A stretch of DNA of 64,000 bases from assembly GCA_020184695.1 (NCBI GenBank), contig JAANOX010000014.1, forward strand, positions 1 to 64,000, read 5' to 3'. The translations under genes and the position numbers were made by a program. Positions 20,020 to 31,518 of this stretch are shown one piece after another. The notes under the pieces are model-generated. The model saw only the letters and a program-made list of their open reading frames with translations, searched no databases and was not told where the DNA came from. Source of the stretch: Histomonas meleagridis 2922-C6/04-290x (lineage: Eukaryota > Protista > Parabasalia). How positions within the stretch are numbered: position 1 is the first letter of the stretch; every line of letters begins with the position of its first letter.

Positions 20020-20601
20020 TCAGCAACAGCCTCCTTGGTTAGTATCATTCTGTGTTTGTTGAAGCTTTTGTGATGTTACAACAGGTTCGACATTTTTTGA
20101 TTGAACTAAATGAGATATAACAGAATTAAATAATTCATTCACGTTCTTTCCTGTTTTAGCCGATGTGAGGAAGAAGTCAAAGTTGTTAGCTTTGGCATAT
20201 TCTTCCATGGTTTCATTTGAAACAACTTTATTGTCCAAATCATCTTTGTTACCGACAATAACAACATAAATCGGCGTTTTAACAGTTGCATGGAAAGCTC
20301 CATACCATTTAGAAACTGCGTCTGCTGAATCTTGGTCAGTTTGGTCATATACAATAATTGCTGCGACAGCATCACGGTAATAAATTGGGCCTAAGCTCTT
20401 GTATCGTTCCATTCCTGCTGTATCCCAAATTTGAAGTTCAACTTCTTGACCTTCAAAGGTTGTACGATATGGAATATAACCTGCTCCAATTGTAGCCTGG
20501 TATTCTTCTTCAAAATGAGAGTATTGAATTAGATTTGTAAGTGATGTTTTCCCAACAGCAACAGATCCAATAATAACAACCTTAAACTCTAAGACAGGCA
20601 T
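20020..20601 (-). CDS. Rab-family small GTPase
   Basis: GSVAVGKTS, TIGA, WDTAGMERY, YYRDA, GNKDD, TSAK and a C-terminal CC prenylation motif; likely start ATG 20601. Confidence 0.95.
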   Translation of the reverse strand: MPVLEFKVVIIGSVAVGKTSLTNLIQYSHFEEEYQATIGAGYIPYRTTFEGQEVELQIWDTAGMERYKSLGPIYYRDAVAAIIVYDQTDQDSADAVSKWYGAFHATVKTPIYVVIVGNKDDLDNKVVSNETMEEYAKANNFDFFLTSAKTGKNVNELFNSVISHLVQSKNVEPVVTSQKLQQTQNDTNQGGCC

Positions 20602-21008
20602 CCAAATACAAAATAGCGGTTTCAAACAACTTTTTAAACGTGTCAGGTCAACCGTCTAAACAGGAATTTTCCCTCAAAAACGGAATAATCTGATTTAAAC
20701 TTCTTTGCAGCCACATTTGAGCTATCAAAATTTATTACTTCTATTCCGCATATGTACTAATTTTTCCCCCTCACATTTCTAACAAATTAACATGATCTGA
20801 TGATATAAAGGAAAATCAATATCTTCATTGCAAAAATATTTCTTTCCTAAATTTAAATAATTTTTGTCAACAAAAATTCATATAAAATAATTAAATAAAC
20901 TACGCTAAACATAAGATTAAAAAACGAATTTGATATCAGTAAAAAAATGATATTTAAAATTTTGAAACAAAAATTAATATTGAACAGCAATAAATTCTAA
21001 AATTATGT

Positions 21009-21407
21009 TTATTTATTCAAAGCTTTTCTTGCCGTTTCATAACACTTTCTTTCAAATAATTCTTGGTTTACAAAGGCACGTTGGTGTGTTGCTGTTCCGA
21101 TTAACCCCGCCTCGTCAAAAGCCTCTATTTCGAAAGAAAGACGATTTTGCTGAACATCAACAAGACGAGAAATTGCTGTAATATGAGCACCAATCGCAGA
21201 AGGCCTTTTATGTTTAAGTTCGAGTGCTACTCCTACTGTTATTTTTTCTTTTGAAAGATCTGATAATTCAATTGCATTGCAAGATGCTTCTTCCATCAAT
21301 GCAGCCATTATAGCGGTAGAAAGTACTTTTGCAACACCTGTTTTCATTGCAGGAGCTAAGTGCTCTGCTCCTACTACAAGGGATGCTTTTCCAACGGAAC
21401 CACTCAT
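21009..21407 (-). CDS. FlK-like hotdog-fold thioesterase (bacterial type)
   Basis: VLST...ALMEEA...TVG..LELKH.RPS..G...EAFDE...IGTATHQR matches the fluoroacetyl-CoA thioesterase family pattern, with the Thr/Glu/His triad positions occupied. Confidence 0.85.
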   Translation of the reverse strand: MSGSVGKASLVVGAEHLAPAMKTGVAKVLSTAIMAALMEEASCNAIELSDLSKEKITVGVALELKHKRPSAIGAHITAISRLVDVQQNRLSFEIEAFDEAGLIGTATHQRAFVNQELFERKCYETARKALNK

Positions 21408-21873
21408 TTTCTAAAGCCAAAAAAATTTATCAGAAAAAGTGTAAATTTAAATCTTTTTGAATAATTTATATAAATGGTGTCCCCATTCACAAGAACAACA
21501 CTAACGTCCTTTTTCAAGACATGACCAATTCAATAAACCGAAATAGGCTATTTAAAATTGTAAAACCACGATTTTACATTTTTTGAAAAAGTCGATAACA
21601 AGCAACCGATTACATGGAGAAAAAGTGAAAATATAGGAATGCCAATATAGGCCTTATTAAATTGAATTGAAATTTCTTTTTTTTTCTTATGTGATGAAAA
21701 TCATTTTTTCATGCAAACATTTTTCGAAATACTAAGGACTCACTAACCTTGTGCTAACGGTATTTACGAATGTATTAAATGAGAATGCAACAGCTGTTTG
21801 CTTTTCGTTTGGAAAAACGTTATGAATTCATACGTTTAAAAAGACGTTAAATGGCACTTTTTTCAATCAGTGT

Positions 21874-22662
21874 ATGAATAAAACACTTCAAATTGATATT
21901 CTTCGAAAAGAACATAATGCAGCAATTGATAACTTTGATTTTGATCGGGCAGAGCAAATAGAGCACCAAATAAAGCGTCTTAAAAATGAAATTACTCGAG
22001 AATTTCAAACTTCACATTTAAATAATACAAGTCTTCTTGCTGATGAACAAAAAGAAATAATCCAAGGAAAATCTGCTCATGATGACGCCAATATTATGAG
22101 AGAAAAAGTTCAAATACAAAATAAATATTCAGAAAGATTAAGAGAAATGCAAGAAAGGCATCTTCATCAACTAACAGATTTATCATTAGAACAGACGTTA
22201 GCATTAGAAAGAGAATTACAAAGGATCATACCCGAAGTTGAATCACTTTTAAATCAATCAAAAGCATTTGGAAAAAATCATCAATATACACAAGCCAAAT
22301 CTACATACCAAGAAGCCATGAGAATCAAGGAAAGGGTAAATGAACAGAGAAGAATCAATGTAAACGCACACTATCAAAGACAAAAACTTAAACTCAAACA
22401 AAAGCAAGAAAAAGAAATTCAAATTCTTCTAGGTAAGCAAGAAGCTGAACTTTCTGCTCTTTCTATGAAGCAAACAAAGAATAGAGAGATAATAAGTAAT
22501 CAAATGAAAGTTCAGGAATTTAAATCAACAAAGAGAAATCCAGAAAATTCATTTTACACACCATCAACAAAATCATTTTCTACATCTCGACGTTCGAGTT
22601 CTGTATCAAGGAACAGCAGAAGAACATCAAGAAATAATTTTTCTCAAAGCAGGCGTTTTTAA
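21874..22662 (+). CDS. Coiled-coil hypothetical protein with basic Ser/Arg tail
   Basis: 262-aa Q/E/K-rich ORF with heptad periodicity; TCAGT upstream of the ATG. Confidence 0.8.
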   Translation: MNKTLQIDILRKEHNAAIDNFDFDRAEQIEHQIKRLKNEITREFQTSHLNNTSLLADEQKEIIQGKSAHDDANIMREKVQIQNKYSERLREMQERHLHQLTDLSLEQTLALERELQRIIPEVESLLNQSKAFGKNHQYTQAKSTYQEAMRIKERVNEQRRINVNAHYQRQKLKLKQKQEKEIQILLGKQEAELSALSMKQTKNREIISNQMKVQEFKSTKRNPENSFYTPSTKSFSTSRRSSSVSRNSRRTSRNNFSQSRRF

Positions 22663-22823
22663 TAAAGTTTATTTTTATATATTAATTGATTTTAATTAAA
22701 ACTCTCTTATGTGTTCTAAAAATTAGAAGCTAAATATGAAAGCTAACCTTTGATTTGAGCGTTTAAAACATTTTTTTCCCTTACTGACACTTTTGTGTAA
22801 ACTCTTTTGGAATCATTCCTGCA

Positions 22824-23024
22824 ATGGATTCCATGAAAAATACAAATTTAGACATTAACCCTGATGAGGTCATTGAAAAAATTGCTGAGAAACTTGGTAG
22901 CGATGTTTTTCGAATAATTTTAGATGAAATTCAAATTGCTAATTCTACTGAAGCAACCAATCACCTTCCACAGACCGAATGCACTTTATCTGAAGTACGA
23001 GATAATACTAATGCATTTGAATAG
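22824..23024 (+). CDS. Small hypothetical acidic protein (66 aa)
   Basis: ATG-initiated ORF with an amphipathic helix (PDEVIEKIAEKLGSDVFRIILDEI); no homology recognised. Confidence 0.4.
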   Translation: MDSMKNTNLDINPDEVIEKIAEKLGSDVFRIILDEIQIANSTEATNHLPQTECTLSEVRDNTNAFE

Positions 23025-23164
23025 TTTAATATTGTTATGATAAACTCAATTATTTATTCACAAATGGCAATTCCTCATAATATTACACACTTATCTCAAT
23101 AAAATATTTAAATACTTCAAACATAAAAAACTTTATCATTTCAAAAAGAAATTATTGCTTTTAT

Positions 23165-23656
23165 TTAAGCAGCTGCTTTAACGGGTTTCTTTTCCTCGGC
23201 AAGAACGATTTGGACATTTGTAGGTGGTGATGCATAGCACTTAACACGTCCGTGTGCTTGGTGTATACGGCGATAACGGTACATTCTTGCGTAATTGCAT
23301 TGAACATGTGCAATAACCAAGTTATCAACGTTGATTTCTGGCTTCTGTGAAGCGCCTGCCAAAGCGTTCTTAATTAATTTGATGAATAACTTGGCTGATT
23401 TTTCTGGCCATCTGGATGATGGGCATCCCCATTCTTTTCCTTGTGCGTGGTGTGGGATACCTTCATTATAACGGAAGAATGGGACAGCACGCTTATGTTC
23501 GATAACAGCTTCAAGGTATGAGAGAGCTTTGCTAACCTTCATTCCTTTGATAGCTCGGCCTGTCTCAAACATTGGCTTGAAATGAACGCGTTCGGTGGGT
23601 GTGCAAGCCTTGAGAACTGGAACGCCTTTAGCTTGGTATGTATACTTGGTACCCAT
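23165..23656 (-). CDS. RPL17: 60S ribosomal protein L17 (uL22)
   Basis: RVHFKPMFETGRAIKGM, AVPFFRYN, RWPEKSA, HVQCN and HGRV..Y.SPP are uL22 motifs. Confidence 0.95.
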   Translation of the reverse strand: MGTKYTYQAKGVPVLKACTPTERVHFKPMFETGRAIKGMKVSKALSYLEAVIEHKRAVPFFRYNEGIPHHAQGKEWGCPSSRWPEKSAKLFIKLIKNALAGASQKPEINVDNLVIAHVQCNYARMYRYRRIHQAHGRVKCYASPPTNVQIVLAEEKKPVKAAA

Positions 23657-23661
23657 TAATT

Positions 23662-23671
23662 AAAGGAAAGG
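23662..23671 (-). promoter_or_regulatory. Tandem CCTTT (M5-like) core promoter motif of the ribosomal protein gene
   Basis: The minus strand reads CCTTTCCTTTaattaATG; motif 5 (CCTTT) replaces the Inr at T. vaginalis ribosomal protein genes. Confidence 0.65.
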
Positions 23672-23792
23672 CCAAAACCGATACAACCGGAAAGTGCAGC
23701 ACAGCCGTTTATATAAACGGGCTCTATTTAGAACATTTGGGGTGCCCCAATATACCCGACCAACTAAAGAAAAAGTGACATTATTTTCTCCA

Positions 23793-24497
23793 ATGTCTTC
23801 ATATTCCCGTTCAATTACCAGATTTAGCCCAGATGGACGTCTTTTTCAAATCGAACACGCTCACGCAGCAGTAAAACGCGGTACAACTGTTGTTGCAGCA
23901 CAATCAAACGATTTAATTGTTATTGCTGTCGAAAAGTCAACAGTTGCTAAATTACAAGATCCAGGAACATTTAGAAAAGTTATTGCCCTTGATGATCATA
24001 TTATGTGCGCATTTGCAGGTCTTCATGCAGATGCCAGAGTTCTTGTAGGGAAAGCACAAGTTGAATGTCAAAGTCATCGGTTAACATATGAAGACCCTAT
24101 TACTGTTGAAAGGGCTGCTCGTTACATTGCAACAATTCAACTTCGTTATACTCAATCTGGTGGTGTCAGACCATTTGGCGTTGCCACATTAGTATGCGGA
24201 TTTGATTCTACAAACCAACCACACATTTACGAAACGCTTCCTTCTGGTGGCTATACTGAATGGAAGGCGAGAACAATTGGAAGACATGATCAAACAGTAA
24301 TGGAATATCTTGAAAAGCATTACAAAGAAGACATGAGTGATGAGGACGCAATCAAGCTTGCAGTTGGATCCCTTCTTGAAGTTGTTGAGAATGGATCAAA
24401 GAATTTAGAAGTTGCAATAATGAAACGTGGCGGATCAATGACACTAATGGGAGAAAACGAATTAAGTGCATTGATTGAATCAATTAACAAAAAATAA
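23793..24497 (+). CDS. PSMA7: 20S proteasome subunit alpha type-7 (alpha4/PRE6)
   Basis: YSRSITRFSPDGRLFQIE.A..AVKRG, FAGLHADARVL, YTQSGGVRPFG; true start ATG 23793; head-to-head with RPL17. Confidence 0.93.
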   Translation: MSSYSRSITRFSPDGRLFQIEHAHAAVKRGTTVVAAQSNDLIVIAVEKSTVAKLQDPGTFRKVIALDDHIMCAFAGLHADARVLVGKAQVECQSHRLTYEDPITVERAARYIATIQLRYTQSGGVRPFGVATLVCGFDSTNQPHIYETLPSGGYTEWKARTIGRHDQTVMEYLEKHYKEDMSDEDAIKLAVGSLLEVVENGSKNLEVAIMKRGGSMTLMGENELSALIESINKK

Positions 24498-24764
24498 ATG
24501 ACCAGTAATTTTTGAAATAATTATACCTTTTTCGGTTCGTTTTGCCCAAAATAAAAATCAAAGTGGCCACTATATATACTAAAATGATGAGCAAAAATAT
24601 GGAAAAAATCTATCTCTTTTTCAATTCGTTTGGTTAAAACAGACAATTGCATCAGACGATTAAATAGCATTCATTTAGTGTGAACGATAACATCACTTTT
24701 TGTAAAATCTACGATCGATATCGATTGAAAAAGCTGACGTTATTTTTGTTCGTTAATTTGCCAA

Positions 24765-25055
24765 ATGAATCAACAACAAAACTATTACATACCCCCAATT
24801 TTTGGATACATTGCAACTCCATCTCAAGTTCAAAATACGGGAGAGGTTGTATATCTAGCAAATGGTGAACCAATTCTTATGCCTTTTTCAGCCCCATTAA
24901 ATTCAAAAGTATTGGTATTAAAGAAAACCAAAACAAATAGACCCAAAGAAACGCACAGCGGTGAATCTCTCGGTGATTCAATCGATAGTATTGAAAATAC
25001 TATTAATAGTTTCACACTTAAATTCACTGAAGCCTTCCGCCAACTTCTTAAATAA
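24765..25055 (+). CDS. Small hypothetical protein (96 aa)
   Basis: ATG-initiated ORF with protein-like composition and a C-terminal amphipathic helix. Confidence 0.5.
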   Translation: MNQQQNYYIPPIFGYIATPSQVQNTGEVVYLANGEPILMPFSAPLNSKVLVLKKTKTNRPKETHSGESLGDSIDSIENTINSFTLKFTEAFRQLLK

Positions 25056-25828
25056 CACCACACGAAATTTGTAAAAATTTAAAAAATTAATTTTATAAAA
25101 AAAACTGATTAAACATCTTTTCAAATGTTTTTTGTTATCATATGTTTTAGATGTTATTATTGAATTAAACCTAATCATGTTTAAGATCAAAAATGTTAAT
25201 ATGTTGCAAAACATCTTATTATAATTACAAATTTCGATTAAGATATAATTAATTTACAAAAAATTCAAAACCGTTTCCAATCGAAGGGTAAATACTTCCA
25301 GATAATATGCTTGCCAAAGAACTATTTTCCCAAGTGTAAAAAAAAATGATTTTTTAAGGAAATATTTCACTTTATTTAGATGAAAGTTTTGCTGCAACTC
25401 TTAGACACATCCAACTTTTGGACCATAATATTTTCTTACCATTATGATCAATTCAATGAATTCAACAATCAAAGCATCTAGCAGCTGTTGTTCCCATTAC
25501 AATTTATACCAAAAATCAAGAAATTTTCGAATCAATTTTAATTAAAAGTTTGGTCTGTAATAGAAGAACAAGCTCTAGATATTGAGAGATATATTAAAAA
25601 ACCAATCATACAAACATTTATATAGACATTTGTTTTCATAGCTAAAATTGTTACAATTAATATCATTTATTAATACAATATTAAAATTAGCAAATGAAAA
25701 TGAAGCACAAAAATATGAAACACTTTTAAAGTTAAAAGTCGATTTCGTAAATGGAATTAATTCCAATTTAACACTTGTCGATACTTTGAATTTGGTCCAG
25801 CAGAAGAAGTGTTTGTTCGGATAAATTT

Positions 25829-27190
<1,362 letters not shown>

Positions 27191-27819
27191 TCATCTTGTT
27201 ACTTTTCAGACATTTATGCAATAAGGTCACATTAAAATGGCCTGCCCTAGAATAGGACGTTTATTCTGTATATTTCAGAAAATTGAAATGAAAACCGTTT
27301 GTGATATTTTTGGATGGGTTGATTATAAAAATGAAATATGGAGTGCTTATACGCATAATGAGCGATATGCGATACTCAATATCCCACATGTAGTATCCGG
27401 AATAGTATTTCCTGCAAAAACAGATAATCACAGTCACTTCGTTTTAACATTTTCAATTATCTTCCGAATCACAGTAACGAAAACTTCTTTTCACTTATTG
27501 CCTACTTATATCATTTTAGGGGCGATATTTCGAAAAAATGAGCAAACAGAGAAAATAAACACTTCTGAGAGGACTATCATTTGTGAGAAACCGAAAAAAA
27601 TTGTGAGACTGTCATTTCAAATTTAATCAATCCACCCCCTGAAAAAGATTAGTCTGTTGTAAAATTTATTGAGAAAAATAAAAAAGTGACTCTAAAATGT
27701 TTTCGTCGTTCATCGAAAATTTGACAATGAAATTTTGTTTTAAAACCAGACACTGAAATTTGAGTTGTTGTATTCGTTGTATATTGTCAAATCAAGGTTA
27801 CAACGAATCAGAACATTTT

Positions 27820-28356
27820 ATGAACCAGGTTTTAAGTTTCAATGTTGTAAGTCAACCTCAACTTCAACAATTGGTAACCACGAATGGAAATCCCGCAATA
27901 ATTGCTTACGATCAGGTCGGTGGATATTTTATACCATACCAACAACAAATGATCCAATGGGTAGCGATACCACAACCCCAATATCCACAAATGCAAAGCG
28001 TTGAGTATGTTAATCCACAAATATATAGTCATGAACAAGTAATTCAGAATCCTCCTCAAGTCAAGATATATTCACAGTATGTGGACAACCAAAACCAATG
28101 GCAAAACCAATCAAAACCAAAAATAGTAAGACCACCTGAGGTACGAAAGGTTGTACATGGTCAAATCACAAAATCACAACAACAACCAATTGAACAACCA
28201 ACTCAACAACTACCTCACCCACCAGAACAAGCAATTCAACGTGAGTTTACACCTGCGTTGTTTGGAGCCGACAAAAATCCACCAAAATGTTTTGATATTA
28301 TCGGAAGAGGAAACCTCCCTTCCATTAACTTTTCAACAGTCTATTCTTCAAAGTAA
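27820..28356 (+). CDS. Gln/Pro-rich hypothetical protein, paralog B
   Basis: Paralog of 13335..13859 with the same two conserved blocks; likely start ATG 27820 (MNQVLSFN aligns with NQVMNFN). Confidence 0.85.
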   Translation: MNQVLSFNVVSQPQLQQLVTTNGNPAIIAYDQVGGYFIPYQQQMIQWVAIPQPQYPQMQSVEYVNPQIYSHEQVIQNPPQVKIYSQYVDNQNQWQNQSKPKIVRPPEVRKVVHGQITKSQQQPIEQPTQQLPHPPEQAIQREFTPALFGADKNPPKCFDIIGRGNLPSINFSTVYSSK

Positions 28357-28949
28357 CAAATAGCACACTCTTTGCATTATTATGGAGTTTCATACGATTA
28401 AAAAAATAAATAAAATATCATTAAGAAAATTGAAGTGGAATTTATTTGAAAAAGTAATTTTACAACAGTTCAATATTTCGGTTTTCCACGAAAGTTGAGA
28501 GGTTGTTTTTTATGTCGATTGAGTAAAAATCACAAAAGTTGGTATGAAATATTGCCGATAAATATTTATCACGAAAAGATTCAATGGTTGTTATTTGAAA
28601 TCATGGAAACAACCCACTAAAACTGTATTATCGCCATCTGTTGTATAGAGCAAAACTATTCACCTATCATTTGCAAATGCAATTGCTTTATGTTAACAAT
28701 TTTTTAGTCTTTAATCAAGGTTTAACTTTTACAAAACATATTTAAATCTTTTTAACACCAAAGGGTAAAATTCATAATGACTCAAAAATTGTGTGTTAAA
28801 TTCAGCTGCATTCAAACAAATGACATTTGGAACTTTTTATGTTAGCAAATTTATGGTCGATGAAGTTTTTGAAGATTTTCAACGCACAATAATAAATAAT
28901 ATTAAAATTTAAAACTATGAATAAACGCTATGTGTACTTTATTCAAACA

Positions 28950-30992
28950 TTACATCCATTGGTCATCTTCTTCTTTTGACATTTCTCCAATTGTTTGTAT
29001 CATTTGATGTTGTTGTTGTTTATCTAAATCGGAACTAAATGATTCACTGAATTCTTTATTAAGTTCCGAATATGAACTAACTTTTTTACTTATCCTAAAC
29101 AACCAAACGACAACACCAATAATGATTAAAACCAAAGCTATGGATCCGCATATAATACCGACAAGAGATGCACTATTTAAAACAGGTTCATCACTTATAT
29201 AATATAAAGATGGAAATACAAATGTGTAATAACCCGAATAAAAGCTAATGATTGTGGTCATGTGAATAACTGAATATTCATAAAATATTAAAGTGGAATC
29301 GGATAAATACTGTGTGAAAATTTGTGTAATTGAACTCACGTTCGATGAATAGATTGTGAGAATATACGAAAAACTCAGTGAGGCACCAAATGGAAATGAA
29401 GAAGTGAAAGAATTGGATGCTGTAAATGAATTCGAGCTCATGAATGTGTTCGATTCAGAAAATGTATTCGATTGCGAATATGTGTTTGATTCTGTGAACG
29501 TATTTGACTGTGTATATGAATTTGATTGCGAAAATGTGTTTGACTGTGAATATGTATTCGTAGAGAAATTAAGTTTTACTGTCTTGGTTTTTCCAATGTT
29601 ACCTTGTTTATCGATTGGAGCAACATGAAGATACTCTTGTTTAATTAGATCTTCTGTCGTAAATTTAATTGTATTGTCATATGTTTTATTTGTCAGTGAT
29701 TCTATATCGCATTTCTCATTTTGACTAAATGTGTATTTGTAGTAAGCGATTCCTTTGGTAACATTAACAACAGCATATGACTCACTTATGTTATAACCTG
29801 TACTATTGTATGCAACAACTTTAAATTTATATGGTGTGCCAACGTCATATCCTTCAATAATTACTGAATAATTGATTAAATCTATTTTTATGTTAATTTC
29901 TGGATTCGATAAATCCGGTAAATTAAGAAAATGATCTTCAAACTCGCTTTCATTCGTCCTTTGTTTAAGATAAAATATAGTGTTAGCAAGGACTTTCCGT
30001 TCAAAACATGTCGCATTGCAATCACTATGGCCTATTTGAATCATTGCAGTATTTCCATATGTAGTAAGATAGAAATTATCTTGTTCTGTTGCATCCACTT
30101 TTGGTTCATCATTGATTATATAATCATCAAACTCAAACCAAATATCGCCATTGGCTTTATGTTTTGATGTATGAGAGTAATAAATTGGTTGTACTTCTTC
30201 ACTCGTGAGATTCCAAGGATATTTTAAAAGTAGTCCTTGCTTGTGAACTTTTGTTTTGTTGGATTCAAGCTGAGTGAAAGTACCAGGATCAAAATTTTTG
30301 AGTGTAACATTGAACAAATCGCGAATTGCAACCATTCCTTGAGGTTTTTTGCTTTTTACGAAACCAGATGTAATTGAATCATGTCCAGCAATAAACCCAT
30401 ATCCCCTTTCAATGTATTTTCTAATCTTTTCCATTATATCAATAATTGGTGAAACACCACCACTGTAATCCCAAAATCCAAATACAGTGACATCAAAATT
30501 ATACAGCCATTCTTGATTGGAATTTAGCTCTTCAGTAAGTTCATCAATCGATATAAGTGTAACATTGATAATTTGATTTCTTTCATGGTCAATACCAAAA
30601 GCACTTGAGTTAATGCCTTCAATCAATCCGCCTTCCATCCAAACTTTTAAAGAAGCTGATTTAGGATACTCCCGTCCTGCACCAGATGCGAATTCCATTT
30701 CGGCTGTAGGGATATTTACATCTTCTTCTATTTCAAAGACAAATTTTTGATCATTTGATGGATAAATATTTAAAACTTTGATAGTAGTTCCCCATTTATG
30801 TGTGCTAATTGGCTCCCAGCTATCATTTTCTGTGTTCAAAAATATTTTATAATAATCAGTTTGATTTTTTTCTTGATCATTAATTGTCCAATTGAGGTGA
30901 ACTCCACCATTTCCATTTGCATATGTGGTATTGTAGTTTGCGTAAAGCGTCAGTTGTTTAGTAAATACCAAGAAATAGCAGAGAATAAACAT
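28950..30992 (-). CDS. Adhesin-like type I surface protein with a bacterial (DUF5057-like) ectodomain
   Basis: Signal peptide MFILCYFLVF; KVLNIYP, SLKVWMEGG, VFGFWD, GFIAGHD, TAMIQIGHS and ERKVLANTIFYL resemble Firmicute cell-surface proteins; SNT(F/Y) repeats; TM VGIICGSIALVLIIIGVVVWLF; acidic tail. Confidence 0.8.
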   Translation of the reverse strand: MFILCYFLVFTKQLTLYANYNTTYANGNGGVHLNWTINDQEKNQTDYYKIFLNTENDSWEPISTHKWGTTIKVLNIYPSNDQKFVFEIEEDVNIPTAEMEFASGAGREYPKSASLKVWMEGGLIEGINSSAFGIDHERNQIINVTLISIDELTEELNSNQEWLYNFDVTVFGFWDYSGGVSPIIDIMEKIRKYIERGYGFIAGHDSITSGFVKSKKPQGMVAIRDLFNVTLKNFDPGTFTQLESNKTKVHKQGLLLKYPWNLTSEEVQPIYYSHTSKHKANGDIWFEFDDYIINDEPKVDATEQDNFYLTTYGNTAMIQIGHSDCNATCFERKVLANTIFYLKQRTNESEFEDHFLNLPDLSNPEINIKIDLINYSVIIEGYDVGTPYKFKVVAYNSTGYNISESYAVVNVTKGIAYYKYTFSQNEKCDIESLTNKTYDNTIKFTTEDLIKQEYLHVAPIDKQGNIGKTKTVKLNFSTNTYSQSNTFSQSNSYTQSNTFTESNTYSQSNTFSESNTFMSSNSFTASNSFTSSFPFGASLSFSYILTIYSSNVSSITQIFTQYLSDSTLIFYEYSVIHMTTIISFYSGYYTFVFPSLYYISDEPVLNSASLVGIICGSIALVLIIIGVVVWLFRISKKVSSYSELNKEFSESFSSDLDKQQQHQMIQTIGEMSKEEDDQWM

Positions 30993-31307
30993 TTTTTCAA
31001 GTCGAGTCCGCCAGAAAATCTTTTGACCTGTCAGAACTGTTGCCCTTTGAAAAAGGCATTTTAAACAGCTGAAATTGTTTATATCATATTCAATTTATGC
31101 GATCTAAACATTGAAAAAGTTCATACAAAAATCATCTTCTTATGTTCCTTTTTTATTCCCAAAGAAACAGCCAGAAGTATATGAAGAACAACATATGCAT
31201 TAATTGACCCCAAATTTTTATTCTAAAATTAATATTTCTATACTTTCACAATTTGAAAATGCTGAGTCGCCATTTGATTAATTAAATGTGGAATTGTAAT
31301 ATTTTAA

Positions 31308-31502
31308 TCAAACGACATGGAGAAAAGCACCTGAACCAACTAAATACAAATTTATTTTAAAATTAACTCTTACTAATTCAGAACAAAAACCAAATGCAAA
31401 TGGGGAAATATGTGTAACACTATGCCCAAATATAATATTACATAACTTATAAGCCCTAATTGTTAAAATGCTTTCCTTTTTAACATAAGGTGAATTTTTC
31501 AA
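31308..31502 (-). pseudogene. Isolated BspA-like LRR fragment
   Basis: SVTHISPFAFGFCSELVRVNF...VGSGAF fits the LRR_5 consensus; no signal peptide or TM, and only about 1.5 repeats. Confidence 0.45.
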
Positions 31503-31518
31503 AAAGTCATTTTTTCAG

